A stretch of DNA of 64,000 nt from Thermoplasmata archaeon (GCA_034667725.1 JAXDQS010000005.1:32001-96000); one strand, 5' to 3'; positions 34,957-45,029 are shown, numbered from the stretch's first letter. Numbers and translations: made by a program. The notes: generated by a model from the sequence alone, not told the origin.

Positions 34957-37221
34957 TCAGTGCATCGCCGTCTGCCCGCCCTTGACCTCGGCCATGTGCG
35001 CCACGCGCCGCTCCAGCAGCGCCTGCGTGCCGATGTCGTGGCGGACGTAGAGGCGGTCGCCGTGGACGTGCTGCAAGCTCGCCTCGCACACGGTGTTGGC
35101 GGCCTCGATGGTGGGGCCCTCGCCCAGCACGGCCAGCGTGCGGCTCGCCATCGTCACCAACGGCCCCGACATGTGCTGCTCAATGGAACCCAAGTAGACA
35201 GCGCCGCCGCTGCGCTTGATGTTGAAGTCGTCCACTTGGATGAACTGCCCCGCCGCCGGGGTGGGGCCGCCGTAGCCCTGCGGCACGACGTACTTGACGA
35301 CGGTGGCGACGCCGCGGAAGCGGGCCTGGTGCTGGGACAGGGTGCCGGTGGCCATGCCTTCCAGGATGCCGAGGTAGTCGGACTGGAGGGTGTGCAGGAC
35401 GTTCATGGCCTCGGGGTCGCCGAAGCGGGCGTTGACCTCGATGATCTTGGGGCCGTCGGCGGTGAGCATGAACTGGCCGTAGATGGTGCCGACGTAGGGC
35501 GTGCCGTCGTTGCGCAGCGCGTCCACGATGCCTTGCAGAATCTGGGCTGCCGCGGAGTAGTCCTCGACCGCCAGGAACGGGAGCAGGCCGTCGGCTTGGG
35601 TGTAGCTGCCCATGCCGCCGGTGTTGGGGCCTTGGTCGCCTTCCAGCAAGCGCTTGTGGTCCTGGACGGCGGGCATCGGCAGCAGGGTCGTGCCGTCGGT
35701 GAACGCCATCAGGGTGAACTCCTCGCCGCGGGCCAGCTCCTCGAACTGGACGGCGCCGCCTTGGGGGCCGAACAGGGTGCGGACGTAGGCCTTGGCCCCT
35801 TCGACGTCGGCGAAGTGGTCGCCATGGACCTGGACGCCCTTGCCGCCGGTCAATCCCACCGGCTTGACGGCCCAGACGGGGCCGTGCTGGTCGAGGAAGG
35901 CGAGCGCCTCCTCCAGCCGGTTGAAAGGGTGGAACGCGAGCGAGCCCGGCAGGCCGTGACGGCGCATCAGGTCGCGCATGAACACCTTGGAGGTCTCGAT
36001 GCGCGCGGCCGCCTGGGTGGGCGAGGCCACCGCGATGCCGGCGGCCCGGAGCCCGTCGGTCACGCCCGCCTCGAGCGGGGTCTCGGGGCCGACGACGGCG
36101 AGGTGGATCTTCTGCATCCGGGCCCAGGCCACGATGCCGGCGACGTCGCGGTCGTCGAGGATCTTGAACCCGGTGGCGGACTTGGCGATGCCCGGGTTGC
36201 GGTGCTTCATCACCACGAACACTTGGGCGCGTTGGCTGCGGCGGATGGCGAGCGCCATGGCGTGCTCGCGCGCGCCCGACCCGACCAGGAGCACGTTCAG
36301 GACCTGGCCCTTCGGCAGCGGCGCGGCGTGGACCTGGCTCGGCGGCGCGGTGGCCGGCGAGGACCGGGGAGCCACGGTTGGCGACGACGGGCGGGCGCTC
36401 GGGTCGTGGATCTCGGTCTTGCCCGAGGGCCGCGCCGCGGGCGGCAGCGCGGAGGCCGCCATCGGCGTGATGCCGCCGTAGAGCTTCTGCTGGCCGGCCG
36501 GCGGCGCGGCCGTGCCGGCGGCGCCGGCGGGCGGCAGGCCGAGCGACGAGCCGAAGCCGGCCGTGGCCGACGGCTTCTGGTAGGAGATGGAGTCGGAGGT
36601 GTCCTTCTGCGGCAAGTCCCACGGGGCGCGCTTGACGGTGTTGTACTCGGCGAAGTCCTGGCCTTCTTTGCCTTGCTTGGCGGCGCCCAGGCTTCCGCCC
36701 GTGCGCGGCGCGCCGGCCTTCGGCTCCGGCGGCAGCACGCGCTTCGGGGCGGTGATGACCTCGGTGTCGTCGTCGGCCTCGACGGTGGGGCCTGCGGGTT
36801 CGGCGGCCTTCTTGGCGACCGCGGCGATGCCGTCCTCGACGCCGGGGGCGAGGTTCTCCTTGCGGCCGCTCGGGGTCGTCCAGCCGACGGCGGAGTCCCA
36901 GACCTCGGCGTCCTCCTCGACCGACTTGGGGGCCTGGCGGCGGAACTCGGCGTCCGACGCGCCGGCGGGCTCGCCCTTCGGGTTCTCGGAGGTCGGGCCG
37001 CCCTTCTTGGGGCGCGGGCTGCCGGGCAGCTCCATCGTGCCGTCGGCGGCGTGGGCGGGCGGCTGGGTGGCCGGGGCGCCGGCGGCCTTCTTGGTGGAGG
37101 TGTAGATTTCGGCGCCGTCCGGGGCGCGGGCGGCCTCGGCCTTGGCGCGCTCCGCGGCGGCCTTCGTCTTGGGGCTGGTGTACTCCTCCCAGCCGTCGCC
37201 GCCGGTGATGCCGGCGCTCAT
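34957..37221 (-). CDS. purD: Phosphoribosylamine--glycine ligase with long N-terminal extension
   Basis: VGSGAREHA, VGPETPL, GGKGV, QDHKR..GPNTGGMG, EVNARFGDPE. Confidence 0.92.
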   Translation of the reverse strand: MSAGITGGDGWEEYTSPKTKAAAERAKAEAARAPDGAEIYTSTKKAAGAPATQPPAHAADGTMELPGSPRPKKGGPTSENPKGEPAGASDAEFRRQAPKSVEEDAEVWDSAVGWTTPSGRKENLAPGVEDGIAAVAKKAAEPAGPTVEADDDTEVITAPKRVLPPEPKAGAPRTGGSLGAAKQGKEGQDFAEYNTVKRAPWDLPQKDTSDSISYQKPSATAGFGSSLGLPPAGAAGTAAPPAGQQKLYGGITPMAASALPPAARPSGKTEIHDPSARPSSPTVAPRSSPATAPPSQVHAAPLPKGQVLNVLLVGSGAREHAMALAIRRSQRAQVFVVMKHRNPGIAKSATGFKILDDRDVAGIVAWARMQKIHLAVVGPETPLEAGVTDGLRAAGIAVASPTQAAARIETSKVFMRDLMRRHGLPGSLAFHPFNRLEEALAFLDQHGPVWAVKPVGLTGGKGVQVHGDHFADVEGAKAYVRTLFGPQGGAVQFEELARGEEFTLMAFTDGTTLLPMPAVQDHKRLLEGDQGPNTGGMGSYTQADGLLPFLAVEDYSAAAQILQGIVDALRNDGTPYVGTIYGQFMLTADGPKIIEVNARFGDPEAMNVLHTLQSDYLGILEGMATGTLSQHQARFRGVATVVKYVVPQGYGGPTPAAGQFIQVDDFNIKRSGGAVYLGSIEQHMSGPLVTMASRTLAVLGEGPTIEAANTVCEASLQHVHGDRLYVRHDIGTQALLERRVAHMAEVKGGQTAMH

Positions 37222-37772
37222 GCCAGCGCCCCCAGCGCCTTGCGGGCCTCGGGCGTCTGCAAGAGCTGCGAGACGCGGGCCAGCGGGTGGAGATGCACCT
37301 GGAGGTTGGCGAGCGCCTGCAGGCCGCCGGCCTCGCGGTCCACCACGACGCAGGCGTGCGCCACCTGGGCGCCAGCCTCCCGCAGGACCTGGACGGCCTC
37401 GACGGTGCTGCCGCCCGAGGTGGTGACGTCCTCGACCACGAAGACCCGCAGCCGGGCCGGGTCGCGGCCCTCGATGCGCTTGCCGGTGCCGTGCTTGCGC
37501 TCGCCCTTCCGGATGATGAGCATCGGCAGGCCGGACTCCAGGCTCACGGCGGTGGCGAGCGGGACGGCGCCCAGCTCCATGCCGGCGACGGCGTCGAACG
37601 GGCCGTGCTCACGGGCCACTTCGGCCATGCGGCGCCCGATGACCCGGAGGGTCGCGGGGTCCGTCATGGCGGCCTTCACGTCCACGTAGTACTTCGACTT
37701 GGCACCGGAGGTCAGGGTGAAGTCGCCGAACCGCACAGCGCCGCACGCCAAGAGCGCCTGGGCCACGTCCAT
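37218..37772 (-). CDS. pyrE: Orotate phosphoribosyltransferase
   Basis: FGDFTLTSG..YYVD, RKGERKHGT, VVEDVTTSGGS. Confidence 0.95.
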   Translation of the reverse strand: MDVAQALLACGAVRFGDFTLTSGAKSKYYVDVKAAMTDPATLRVIGRRMAEVAREHGPFDAVAGMELGAVPLATAVSLESGLPMLIIRKGERKHGTGKRIEGRDPARLRVFVVEDVTTSGGSTVEAVQVLREAGAQVAHACVVVDREAGGLQALANLQVHLHPLARVSQLLQTPEARKALGALA

Positions 37773-37815
37773 GGAGGCATCCAGGAGGGCGCACGATAAA
37801 GCGGCTCCCCTTTCG

Positions 37816-38580
37816 CTACGCGGCGAGGTAGGTGGCGGCATGGCCGGCGGTGCCGCAGTCGACGAAGTGGGCGTAGGCCGCGCCCTCGGGCACGTCGCCC
37901 GTGACGATGGCGGGGCTGGTCGAGACGAAGTCGCCGCCCTCGACGCGCATGCCGTCGGCGTCGTAGAAGTCGATGGCGACGAACAGCGCGCCGTCGAGGT
38001 CGCCGAAGTCGGCGGTGAACGGCAGGGCGATGGTGGCCTGGTCGATGGCGAGCTCGGCGTACAGGACGCCGGCGGCGGGCGAGCCGGGGATCATGGCGTC
38101 GTAGGGGTCGCCGCAGCCGTAGACGCCGTTGTCCCAGCTCACGGAGGCGGACTGGGACGGGCCGACGACGCCTTGGGGCAGCGCCTTGACGGGGAAGGTG
38201 CGGTTGGCCTGCTTGTCGCCGTCGGAGACGGTGGCGCGGACGGTGAAGTTGCCCGCGCTGGCGAAGGTGTGGCTGAAGGTGGCGGGCAGGGTGCTGCCGG
38301 TCTTGGCGGCGGCGCCGTCGCCGGTCTCCACGGTCCAGGTCAGGGGCTTGCCTTCGGGGTCGCGGGCGTCGAGCGTGAAGTTGACCAGCAGCGGGACGTT
38401 GCCGCCGGCGGTCGAGCCGGTGAAGGTCAGGGTGGGCGCCTTGTTGGCGGCGGGCGGGCCCGTGGTGGTGGGGCTGGTGCCGGAGGTGGTGGTGTCGGAG
38501 GCGCCTGCGTCGTCGCCGGAGCAGCCGGACAGCAGGGACAGGAGCAGGAGGGCCAGGAGGCCGAAGGCGGTGGGTTTCAT
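37816..38580 (-). CDS. PKD domain lipoprotein (tandem copy 3)
   Basis: LSGC, PLLVNFTLD..DPEG, HTFASAGNFTV. Confidence 0.85.
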   Translation of the reverse strand: MKPTAFGLLALLLLSLLSGCSGDDAGASDTTTSGTSPTTTGPPAANKAPTLTFTGSTAGGNVPLLVNFTLDARDPEGKPLTWTVETGDGAAAKTGSTLPATFSHTFASAGNFTVRATVSDGDKQANRTFPVKALPQGVVGPSQSASVSWDNGVYGCGDPYDAMIPGSPAAGVLYAELAIDQATIALPFTADFGDLDGALFVAIDFYDADGMRVEGGDFVSTSPAIVTGDVPEGAAYAHFVDCGTAGHAATYLAA

Positions 38581-39242
38581 GGTGGACCTACGGGAGGGGA
38601 CAGGACGAGCTGGAAGTCGGCGGCGCCGGCCGGGACGGGACAGACCGCGACGCTGTCGGCGCCGGCGGGGATGGTGCCTTCGGCGCCCATGGTGGCAAGC
38701 AGCGTTTCGCCGTCCCACCACTCCGTGGCGAGGGTCGCCTGGGGCGTCGTGGTGGTGGCCTGGAAGGCCCAGGTCCCCGACACGGCCGGGTCGAACCGGA
38801 CGTAGAGCTCAGGGTCGGCGACGAAGCACGCGGCGACCCCGGCCTGGACGCCCACGCCCGAGAACGTCTGGGGCTCGCCGCCGACGGGAGGCGGGGCCGA
38901 CACGAGCACGCGGACGGTCTGGTTGACGGTGGCCTGGCCGTCGCCCAGGACGGCGGTGACGTTGTAGTCGCCGGGCGCCGCGAACGTGTGCGCCACGGTG
39001 GCGGGCAGGCCCGAGCCCGTCTGGGGCGGCGCGCCGGGCACCTGGACGGTCCATTGGAGCGTGCCGTTCTCGGGGTCGCTGCCGCCGAGGGTGAAGTTCA
39101 CCTGCAGCGGCGCCACGCCGGCGGCCGTGTCGGCGGCGAACGCCAGGACGGGCGGCTGGTTGGGCACGGCCGGCGGGGCGTCGTCTTGCGCGCAGCCTGC
39201 AAGCAGGGCGGCAAGGACGATGGCGCCGGCCTGGAGCCTCAC
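38577..39242 (-). CDS. PKD domain lipoprotein (tandem copy 2)
   Basis: LAGC, APLQVNFTL..DPE, HTFAAPGDYNV; GTG start approximate. Confidence 0.82.
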   Translation of the reverse strand: MRLQAGAIVLAALLAGCAQDDAPPAVPNQPPVLAFAADTAAGVAPLQVNFTLGGSDPENGTLQWTVQVPGAPPQTGSGLPATVAHTFAAPGDYNVTAVLGDGQATVNQTVRVLVSAPPPVGGEPQTFSGVGVQAGVAACFVADPELYVRFDPAVSGTWAFQATTTTPQATLATEWWDGETLLATMGAEGTIPAGADSVAVCPVPAGAADFQLVLSPPVGPP

Positions 39243-39252
39243 GCGCCCACCC

Positions 39253-40101
39253 CTACGCGACGATCTTGCTGCCCGACTGGTAGGTGACCTCGATGTTGGC
39301 GCCGCCGGTCGAGAACATGTACCCGAAGTCCGATCCCGGAGGGACGACACCCTCGATGACGCCGTAGCCGTCGGCGGTGAAGGTGCCGGCGTACTCCGAG
39401 CAGTCGGAGAGGTTGAAGAAGATGGTCCAGTCGACGACGCCCGCGGTGGAGGCGTCCGTGATGGTCGCCTTGAACGGCAGGCCGATGGTGGCCGGGTCGG
39501 TGGTGAAGGTGTCGTGCGTGACGCCGGCGCCGGGGCCGGGCTCGCAGTTCAGGAACTCGGGGAAGGTGCCCGCGTCGAGGGAGCCGCCGACCCACGCCAG
39601 GTTGATCTCTTGGCCGGGGCCCTCGGAGCCGGGGCCGGTGGCGGGCAGCACCGCGATGACGACGGTCTTGTTGACGTTGTTGTTGCCGTCGGTGACGACC
39701 GCCTTGGCGGTGTGGTTGCCGACGACGGTGTAGTTGTGCGAGAACTTGCTCGGCAGCGTGGTGCCTGACATGGGAGGGCTGCCGTCGCCGAGGTCCACGC
39801 TCCAGGAGATCGACTCGCCCTCGGGGTCCTTGCCGTCGATGGTGAAGTTGACCAAGAGGGGCGCCTGGCCGCTCACGACGGAGGGCAGGAACGTGATGGT
39901 GGGCGCCGGGTCGACGCCGCCGGGCCCGGTGCCGGTGCCCGTGGTGCCCGTGCCCTTGGTGGTCGTGGTCGTCGTCTTGCCGGTGGTCCCGCCGCCGGAG
40001 GTGCCGGTGCCGGAGGTCGAGGACGAGGTGCCGTCGCCCGAGTCGGAGGAGCAGCCGGCAAGCAGGAGGGCCGCGACCAGCGCGGCGACCAAGAGCTTCA
40101 T
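39253..40101 (-). CDS. PKD domain lipoprotein (tandem copy 1)
   Basis: LAGC, APLLVNFTID..DPEG, WSVDLGDG, HNYTVVG. Confidence 0.85.
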   Translation of the reverse strand: MKLLVAALVAALLLAGCSSDSGDGTSSSTSGTGTSGGGTTGKTTTTTTKGTGTTGTGTGPGGVDPAPTITFLPSVVSGQAPLLVNFTIDGKDPEGESISWSVDLGDGSPPMSGTTLPSKFSHNYTVVGNHTAKAVVTDGNNNVNKTVVIAVLPATGPGSEGPGQEINLAWVGGSLDAGTFPEFLNCEPGPGAGVTHDTFTTDPATIGLPFKATITDASTAGVVDWTIFFNLSDCSEYAGTFTADGYGVIEGVVPPGSDFGYMFSTGGANIEVTYQSGSKIVA

Positions 40102-40126
40102 GGGGCTCGGGGGGGAGCCACGGCCC

Positions 40127-40387
40127 TTAATCCTTGTGCTGGCCACCGATCGCCCGCGCAGCCACGTCCGCCAGGCGCACGAGGCCATGCAGCGCGGCGC
40201 GCAGCGTCGACAGGTCCGAGGCCGCGACCTCCAGCACCACCGCCGCGCCGTCGGCCGCCACCGAGGCGGCGGCCCCCTCGGGGCCGTCCGCCGCCTCGGG
40301 GGCGAGGGCCGCGGCGACGGCCTGGGCGGCCGCCGCGTCGCGGGCGGCCAGGCGCAGGCTGGCGCGGTGCGTCGGGGGGACGATCAC
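40127..40387 (-). CDS. pcc1: KEOPS complex subunit Pcc1
   Basis: ALAPE, LEVAASDLSTLRAALH; conserved position after rpoP. Confidence 0.8.
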   Translation of the reverse strand: MIVPPTHRASLRLAARDAAAAQAVAAALAPEAADGPEGAAASVAADGAAVVLEVAASDLSTLRAALHGLVRLADVAARAIGGQHKD

Positions 40388-40521
40388 TCGGAGCGCAGCG
40401 ACTTGGCGACGGTCGGGCGTTCCTTGTAGAATAACTTCGAGCCGCAGTAGGGGCAGCGGATGCCGATGTTCTGGGCGTTGAACTCGACGCGCTTCTTGCA
40501 GACGCCGCACTTGTAGGCCAT
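40384..40521 (-). CDS. rpoP: RNA polymerase subunit P (Rpo12); absent from the ORF track
   Basis: Translated by hand: MAYKCGVCKKRVEFNAQNIGIRCPYCGSKLFYKERPTVAKSLRSE. Confidence 0.93.
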   Translation of the reverse strand: MAYKCGVCKKRVEFNAQNIGIRCPYCGSKLFYKERPTVAKSLRSE

Positions 40522-40527
40522 GCCGCC

Positions 40528-40827
40528 TTACTCCTGGGCGGGGGCGGTGGACGGGGTCGCCAGCTTGTCCTGCACGGCGCGCAGGGCCTTGTCCGCGCCC
40601 TGGCCGGCGCCGGTCTGGGGGCTGTAGGCGCCGCCGGCGAAGGTGAAGCCGCACTTCTGGCACTCCCAGATGGCGGTGTGGATGCGGTAGACCGAGACGG
40701 CGCCGCAGCGGCTGCAGGCGTGGGCGCCCTTCTGGACCTTCTCGATGTTGCCCACGGTGCGGCGGTGCAAGGCGCCGTAGCGGGGACCGAAGCGGCCTGC
40801 GGATCCGACCTTCTTGGTGTGCGACAT
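40528..40827 (-). CDS. rpl37ae: 50S ribosomal protein eL43 (L37Ae)
   Basis: [33 protein letters not shown]. Confidence 0.96.
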   Translation of the reverse strand: MSHTKKVGSAGRFGPRYGALHRRTVGNIEKVQKGAHACSRCGAVSVYRIHTAIWECQKCGFTFAGGAYSPQTGAGQGADKALRAVQDKLATPSTAPAQE

Positions 40828-40972
40828 GGATGGGTCTCCAGGGTGGCGACAGGGATGGCCCTGTCCCCGGTGCAGGGCGGGCCACGCCGGTTTCGATTTA
40901 AGCCCTTTGGCGAGAGGGCGAGGCTGGGCACCGAGCGAGCGGTCCAAGTGGCGGGCGGGGGGTCGGGGCCTC

Positions 40973-41314
40973 ATGCAGCCGCTCACGGTCCTCATCGACG
41001 GCGAATGCGCCCTGTGCAAGCGGGCCGCCGCGTACGGCATGGGCAAGGGCCGGCCGGGGGCGCTGCGGTTCGTGGCCAACACCGACCCGGAGGCCGATGC
41101 CATCCTGGAGCGGTTCCGCCTGCTGCACATCCGCGAGGAGACCATGGTGGCGTTCGACGGAAACCGCGCCTACACGCACTCGGCGGCGGCCGTGCAGGTC
41201 GCGAAGCGGCTGCGGTGGCCGTACCGGGCGCAGGCGGCGGTGTGGCTCGTGCCCAAGCCGGTGCGGGACGTGGGGTATCGGTGGGTGGCGAGGCGGCGGA
41301 AGCGGACGGACTAG
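40973..41314 (+). CDS. DCC1-like thiol-disulfide oxidoreductase (DUF393)
   Basis: [20 protein letters not shown]. Confidence 0.88.
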   Translation: MQPLTVLIDGECALCKRAAAYGMGKGRPGALRFVANTDPEADAILERFRLLHIREETMVAFDGNRAYTHSAAAVQVAKRLRWPYRAQAAVWLVPKPVRDVGYRWVARRRKRTD

Positions 41315-41315
41315 G

Positions 41316-42668
41316 TCAGTCCAGCAGCACCGCGTCCGTCCTGCTTCCCCGCAACTGGGAATCCAACTCTCGCCCATCGACGGCGTCCACGTCCACGTAG
41401 CCGTTGTCGCCGTGCAACCTCCAAGCCGGGCGGAAGAACACGCCGAGGTGGCGCAGCCGGACCTGCTCGGGCTTGGGCTCGACCTTGCGGCGTTCGGTGT
41501 AGAACAGCGAGTTGTTGGCGTCGGGCACGCGGACCTCGACGGTGCGGGTGTGGCGGGCGACGACGTGGGCCAGGGCGGCGGGATTGGCGCGTTCTTCCTG
41601 GATGCGCAGCACGCGCTCGGTGGACTGGTACGGGTGGTCGGGGGCGAGCAGGCTGGGGCCGTCCGGGTTGCATTGGTCGGGGTCCACTTCGAGCGCGGAC
41701 TTGTCGGAGCCGTGGACCTGGACGCGGCCGTCGCGGGTGTCGCAGGAGATTTTGCCCTCCTGGAGCACGTCGACCTCGTAGTCGAACAGGTGGACGGGGT
41801 GCAGCAACACTTCCGTCATCCGCACCGAGAACAGGCGGTCCTTGACCTTGCGCTTGGCGTCCTCGAGGGTGACGCGGGCCGGCAGCACCGGCCGGGTCGG
41901 CGCCTTGCGCGCGGGCTTCGCCGGCGCGGCGGCGACCGTCGGCGGGCTCCACGGCGCCGCGAAGGGGGTGGCGGGAGCGGCAGCGGGGGCGGGTGCCATC
42001 GGGGGCGCCATCGGGGCGGGCATGGGCATGGCGATCACGGGGGCCGGGGCGGCGACGGGGGCAGCCATGGCCACGGGCGGTGTGGCCAGATGGGGGAACG
42101 GCGCGATGGGGTCCGGCTCCGGCATGGGGGGCAGCTCGGGGATGTCGAGGTCGAGGCGGGGGCTGGCGGCGGTGGGTTCGGCGACCTCCAAGATGGCCTC
42201 CATGGCGTAGGCCGGCTCGGGGTCGGGCGCGGCGGCGCGGAACGCTTCGGGCAGCAGCTCCTCGAAGGTCTCGGCCACGCGGTGGGGCTGTTCCAACGGC
42301 ATCTCGGGGAGCGGGTCGCCGAGGGCTTCGGCGAGGCGGGTCTCGCCCAGGAGGCGCACCAGGGTGGCGCGGTCCCACAGCACGACGTGGCCGGCGGGCT
42401 CGGCGGCCTCCTCGCCCAGGTGCAGCAGGACGCCGCGGTCGGCGCCGACGTCCGCGACGCACCGGGCGAACTCGTCGATGGCGTCGCGCTCCAGGGGGGA
42501 GCCGTCGAGGTGGCCGGACACCACGATGGTGCCCGACTCGGACTCGGCGAGGATGGGGACGGTGTAGACGGCGCCGCTGCGGCCTTCGAGCGCGGCCTCC
42601 GGCGAAACGGTGTACCCGTGCAGGCCAAAGAGCCCGCTCAGGAGGTCGGCGACAGTGCCCATGTGCAT
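41316..42668 (-). CDS. Mrr/restriction-endonuclease-like N-terminal domain protein with Pro-rich linker
   Basis: GYTV..LEGRSG..Y, VVLWDR resemble Mrr_cat-type folds; catalytic motif not evident. Confidence 0.6.
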   Translation of the reverse strand: MHMGTVADLLSGLFGLHGYTVSPEAALEGRSGAVYTVPILAESESGTIVVSGHLDGSPLERDAIDEFARCVADVGADRGVLLHLGEEAAEPAGHVVLWDRATLVRLLGETRLAEALGDPLPEMPLEQPHRVAETFEELLPEAFRAAAPDPEPAYAMEAILEVAEPTAASPRLDLDIPELPPMPEPDPIAPFPHLATPPVAMAAPVAAPAPVIAMPMPAPMAPPMAPAPAAAPATPFAAPWSPPTVAAAPAKPARKAPTRPVLPARVTLEDAKRKVKDRLFSVRMTEVLLHPVHLFDYEVDVLQEGKISCDTRDGRVQVHGSDKSALEVDPDQCNPDGPSLLAPDHPYQSTERVLRIQEERANPAALAHVVARHTRTVEVRVPDANNSLFYTERRKVEPKPEQVRLRHLGVFFRPAWRLHGDNGYVDVDAVDGRELDSQLRGSRTDAVLLD

Positions 42669-42758
42669 CCCGTCGCCTCGACCGGCTCCATCGGAAATGA
42701 ACCCTTCGAGTCGGTTTCGTCCGGCAAACTCCATCCCCATGGCCCGGGTCCAGCGGCC

Positions 42759-43622
42759 GTGGAGGGCTGGGATGACGCGGTGGCCCTGCTCGCGCGTTCC
42801 GCGGGGCGTCGTTCCACGCTCCTCCCGCCAAGCCCTTTGTTCGAGCCCGTTTCCCCGCTCGATCCCGGCCCGGTCGCCGCCGTCGACGGCAGCCACGCGG
42901 TGCTGGTCGACAACGGCGCCGTCTGGGTCGCCGCCGTGCGCGCCGCCGCAACACCTTGGCCCGGGGCCCCCCGTGCCGAGGTTCCCGTCCGGCTGGTCGC
43001 GGCGGCCGCCGCCGACGGGCCCGACCAGGTCGCGCGCGCCTACGAGGCCGCCGGCCTGCTGGCCCCGACCGTGCGCAACGCGGAGGCGTGGGCCGAGGCG
43101 CACCGCGCCCTTGCCGAGCTGGACGCCGCCCACGCCGCGCTCGACGCGCTGCCGACCGGTGGCCTTCTCCTGATGGACGGCGCGCTCCACCAGTTGCCGC
43201 GCGGCCCGCAGCAGGCGGCCGACCGGCTCCTGGCCCAAGCCGGCACGCGCGGCGTCCGCGTGCTGGGCGTCGCCAAGCGCAGCGGCCTCTTGGACCCGGC
43301 CGACCCCGCCCTCGCCGCGGCCCCCCGCTCGGCTTGGCGCCTTCGCTTGGCCGACGGCATCCACGCCTGCCGGCTTCATGGCGCCGCGCCGCACGTGTTC
43401 CGCGTCGATGGCGACGCCGCCGACCTCGGCCGCCTCCTTCCCCTGTCGCGCGACGCGGTCTATGCGGGCTATCCGTACCCGTTGGCGCTGGCGCACAACC
43501 GGGTCGCGATTGCGCAGGCGCACGCCCGCGAGCTTGCCGCCGCGCTCGACGCGCGGCTGCGCTCGGCGGGCGCCTTGCGGGCCATCGCGGACTTCCACGA
43601 GGTCCTGGACCGGAACACTTAG
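42759..43622 (+). CDS. nurA: NurA-family nuclease
   Basis: AAVDGS, LLMDGAL, GVAKRS, GYPYPLALAH. Confidence 0.82.
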   Translation: MEGWDDAVALLARSAGRRSTLLPPSPLFEPVSPLDPGPVAAVDGSHAVLVDNGAVWVAAVRAAATPWPGAPRAEVPVRLVAAAAADGPDQVARAYEAAGLLAPTVRNAEAWAEAHRALAELDAAHAALDALPTGGLLLMDGALHQLPRGPQQAADRLLAQAGTRGVRVLGVAKRSGLLDPADPALAAAPRSAWRLRLADGIHACRLHGAAPHVFRVDGDAADLGRLLPLSRDAVYAGYPYPLALAHNRVAIAQAHARELAAALDARLRSAGALRAIADFHEVLDRNT

Positions 43623-43628
43623 GGGCCG

Positions 43629-45029
43629 CTAGGGGCCGGTGTAGCGCAACACCACGAGGCCGCCGGAGGTCTCGGCGCCGACGACGTGGGTCGGGTCGGC
43701 CCACCAGGCGTCGAAGGCGCTGCCGCCGCCCAGGCCTGCAAGCGGGCCAGGCAAGCCGGTGCCCGCGCCGGCCAGGGGCTTGGCGTAGGCGGTGGTGCGC
43801 GGGTGCAGCAGGTTGGCTTCGTCGTGAACGTCGACGACCCAGAAGCCGCCGGCGTAGTGGGCGAGCGCGACCTTGCCGTGGGCAGCGTCGAGGTAGTGCG
43901 GCCCGCCGGTGGCGCCGCTGGGCGAGTCGCCCGGGATTTTCCAGCTCGAGATGTAGGTGGGGTGCGCGGGGTCGGTGGTGTCGAAGAAGGTGAGGTAGCC
44001 CGAGTCGGGCTGGCCGCTGATCTCCGGCTCCGCGACCGTGACGTGGCGGCCGCCGACGAGGTCGGGGAAGGGGCGCGCCATGTGGATGTCGCCGTAGGGC
44101 GCGGGGCCGAAGTCGTTGGCCTGCCCGACGCGCACAGGGTGGGCGGGGTCGGTCACGTCGAGGATGACGACGCCGAGGTCCCAGTAGGCGACGTAGGCGA
44201 GGGTCCGGCCGGTGATGGGATGCACTTGGACCGAAACGTCATGGGGGAACAGCTCGCCGCTGGCCGGATAGACGTCCGCCTCGGTGGCCTGCGGGTCGCG
44301 GTATTCCGCCAGGGTGTTGAGCCGGGCGACCGGGCCGGAGGCGTCCAGTTCCAGGATCACAAGGCGCTGCTGCTCCGGCGGCGCCACCTGGGCGTAGGCG
44401 TAGGCGAAGGCGTAGGCGCTGGCGAACACGATGTGCCGCCCCGTGATGTTGGCGTAGGTGATGGAGTGCGGGCCGTCGGGCGCGATGGGGGTGAAGCCCG
44501 CCCAGCGCGGGTTGGCCTTGTCGGAGATGTCCACGATGTGGATGCCGTGCGGCAGGTTGGCGCCGGGCTCCATCACGTTCGGGCCTTGCGCGGAGGTGGG
44601 GAAGCGCTGCGTCTCCCAGAACGCCCAGTTGCCGTCGGCGCTGACCTCGATGTCGGGCTCGAAGCCGGCGTCGAGCGCGATGTGGCCCACTTCGACCGGG
44701 TGCTCCACGTCGTGCACGTCGAAGATGACGAGGCCCTGCTCCGGCCCGGTGCGGCACAAGTAGGCGTAGCCGTCCAGCACGGCGCTCTCGACGTAGCCTT
44801 CCGTCGGCTGCGGCGTCCGCCCGGCGGCCCCCGTCACGGCGGCGACCCGCTCCAGGTTCACCTGCTCCGGCACGCCCGGCTCCCAGCCGTCGTCCCCGAT
44901 GGGCCGCCCAATGGTGGCCTCCAAGGCGTCGTAGTCGAAGCGTGGCGCCGGCTCGTCGCAGGCGCACGCCTCAGGGGCCGTGCAGCCCGCCAAAAGGAGA
45001 AGCCCGAGGACAAGAAGCACGCCGCGCAT
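43629..45029 (-). CDS. LVIVD-repeat beta-propeller lipoprotein
   Basis: LLAGC; repeated GLVIFDV/GIHIVDISD/GVVILDVTDP. Confidence 0.85.
   Translation of the reverse strand: MRGVLLVLGLLLLAGCTAPEACACDEPAPRFDYDALEATIGRPIGDDGWEPGVPEQVNLERVAAVTGAAGRTPQPTEGYVESAVLDGYAYLCRTGPEQGLVIFDVHDVEHPVEVGHIALDAGFEPDIEVSADGNWAFWETQRFPTSAQGPNVMEPGANLPHGIHIVDISDKANPRWAGFTPIAPDGPHSITYANITGRHIVFASAYAFAYAYAQVAPPEQQRLVILELDASGPVARLNTLAEYRDPQATEADVYPASGELFPHDVSVQVHPITGRTLAYVAYWDLGVVILDVTDPAHPVRVGQANDFGPAPYGDIHMARPFPDLVGGRHVTVAEPEISGQPDSGYLTFFDTTDPAHPTYISSWKIPGDSPSGATGGPHYLDAAHGKVALAHYAGGFWVVDVHDEANLLHPRTTAYAKPLAGAGTGLPGPLAGLGGGSAFDAWWADPTHVVGAETSGGLVVLRYTGP

Noticed and set aside
33340-37689. Very long ORFs such as 33340..37689(+), 58742..62986(+), 22785..26123(-) and 47760..50849(-)
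   Set aside because: Stop-poor shadow frames opposite recognisable genes in high-GC DNA.
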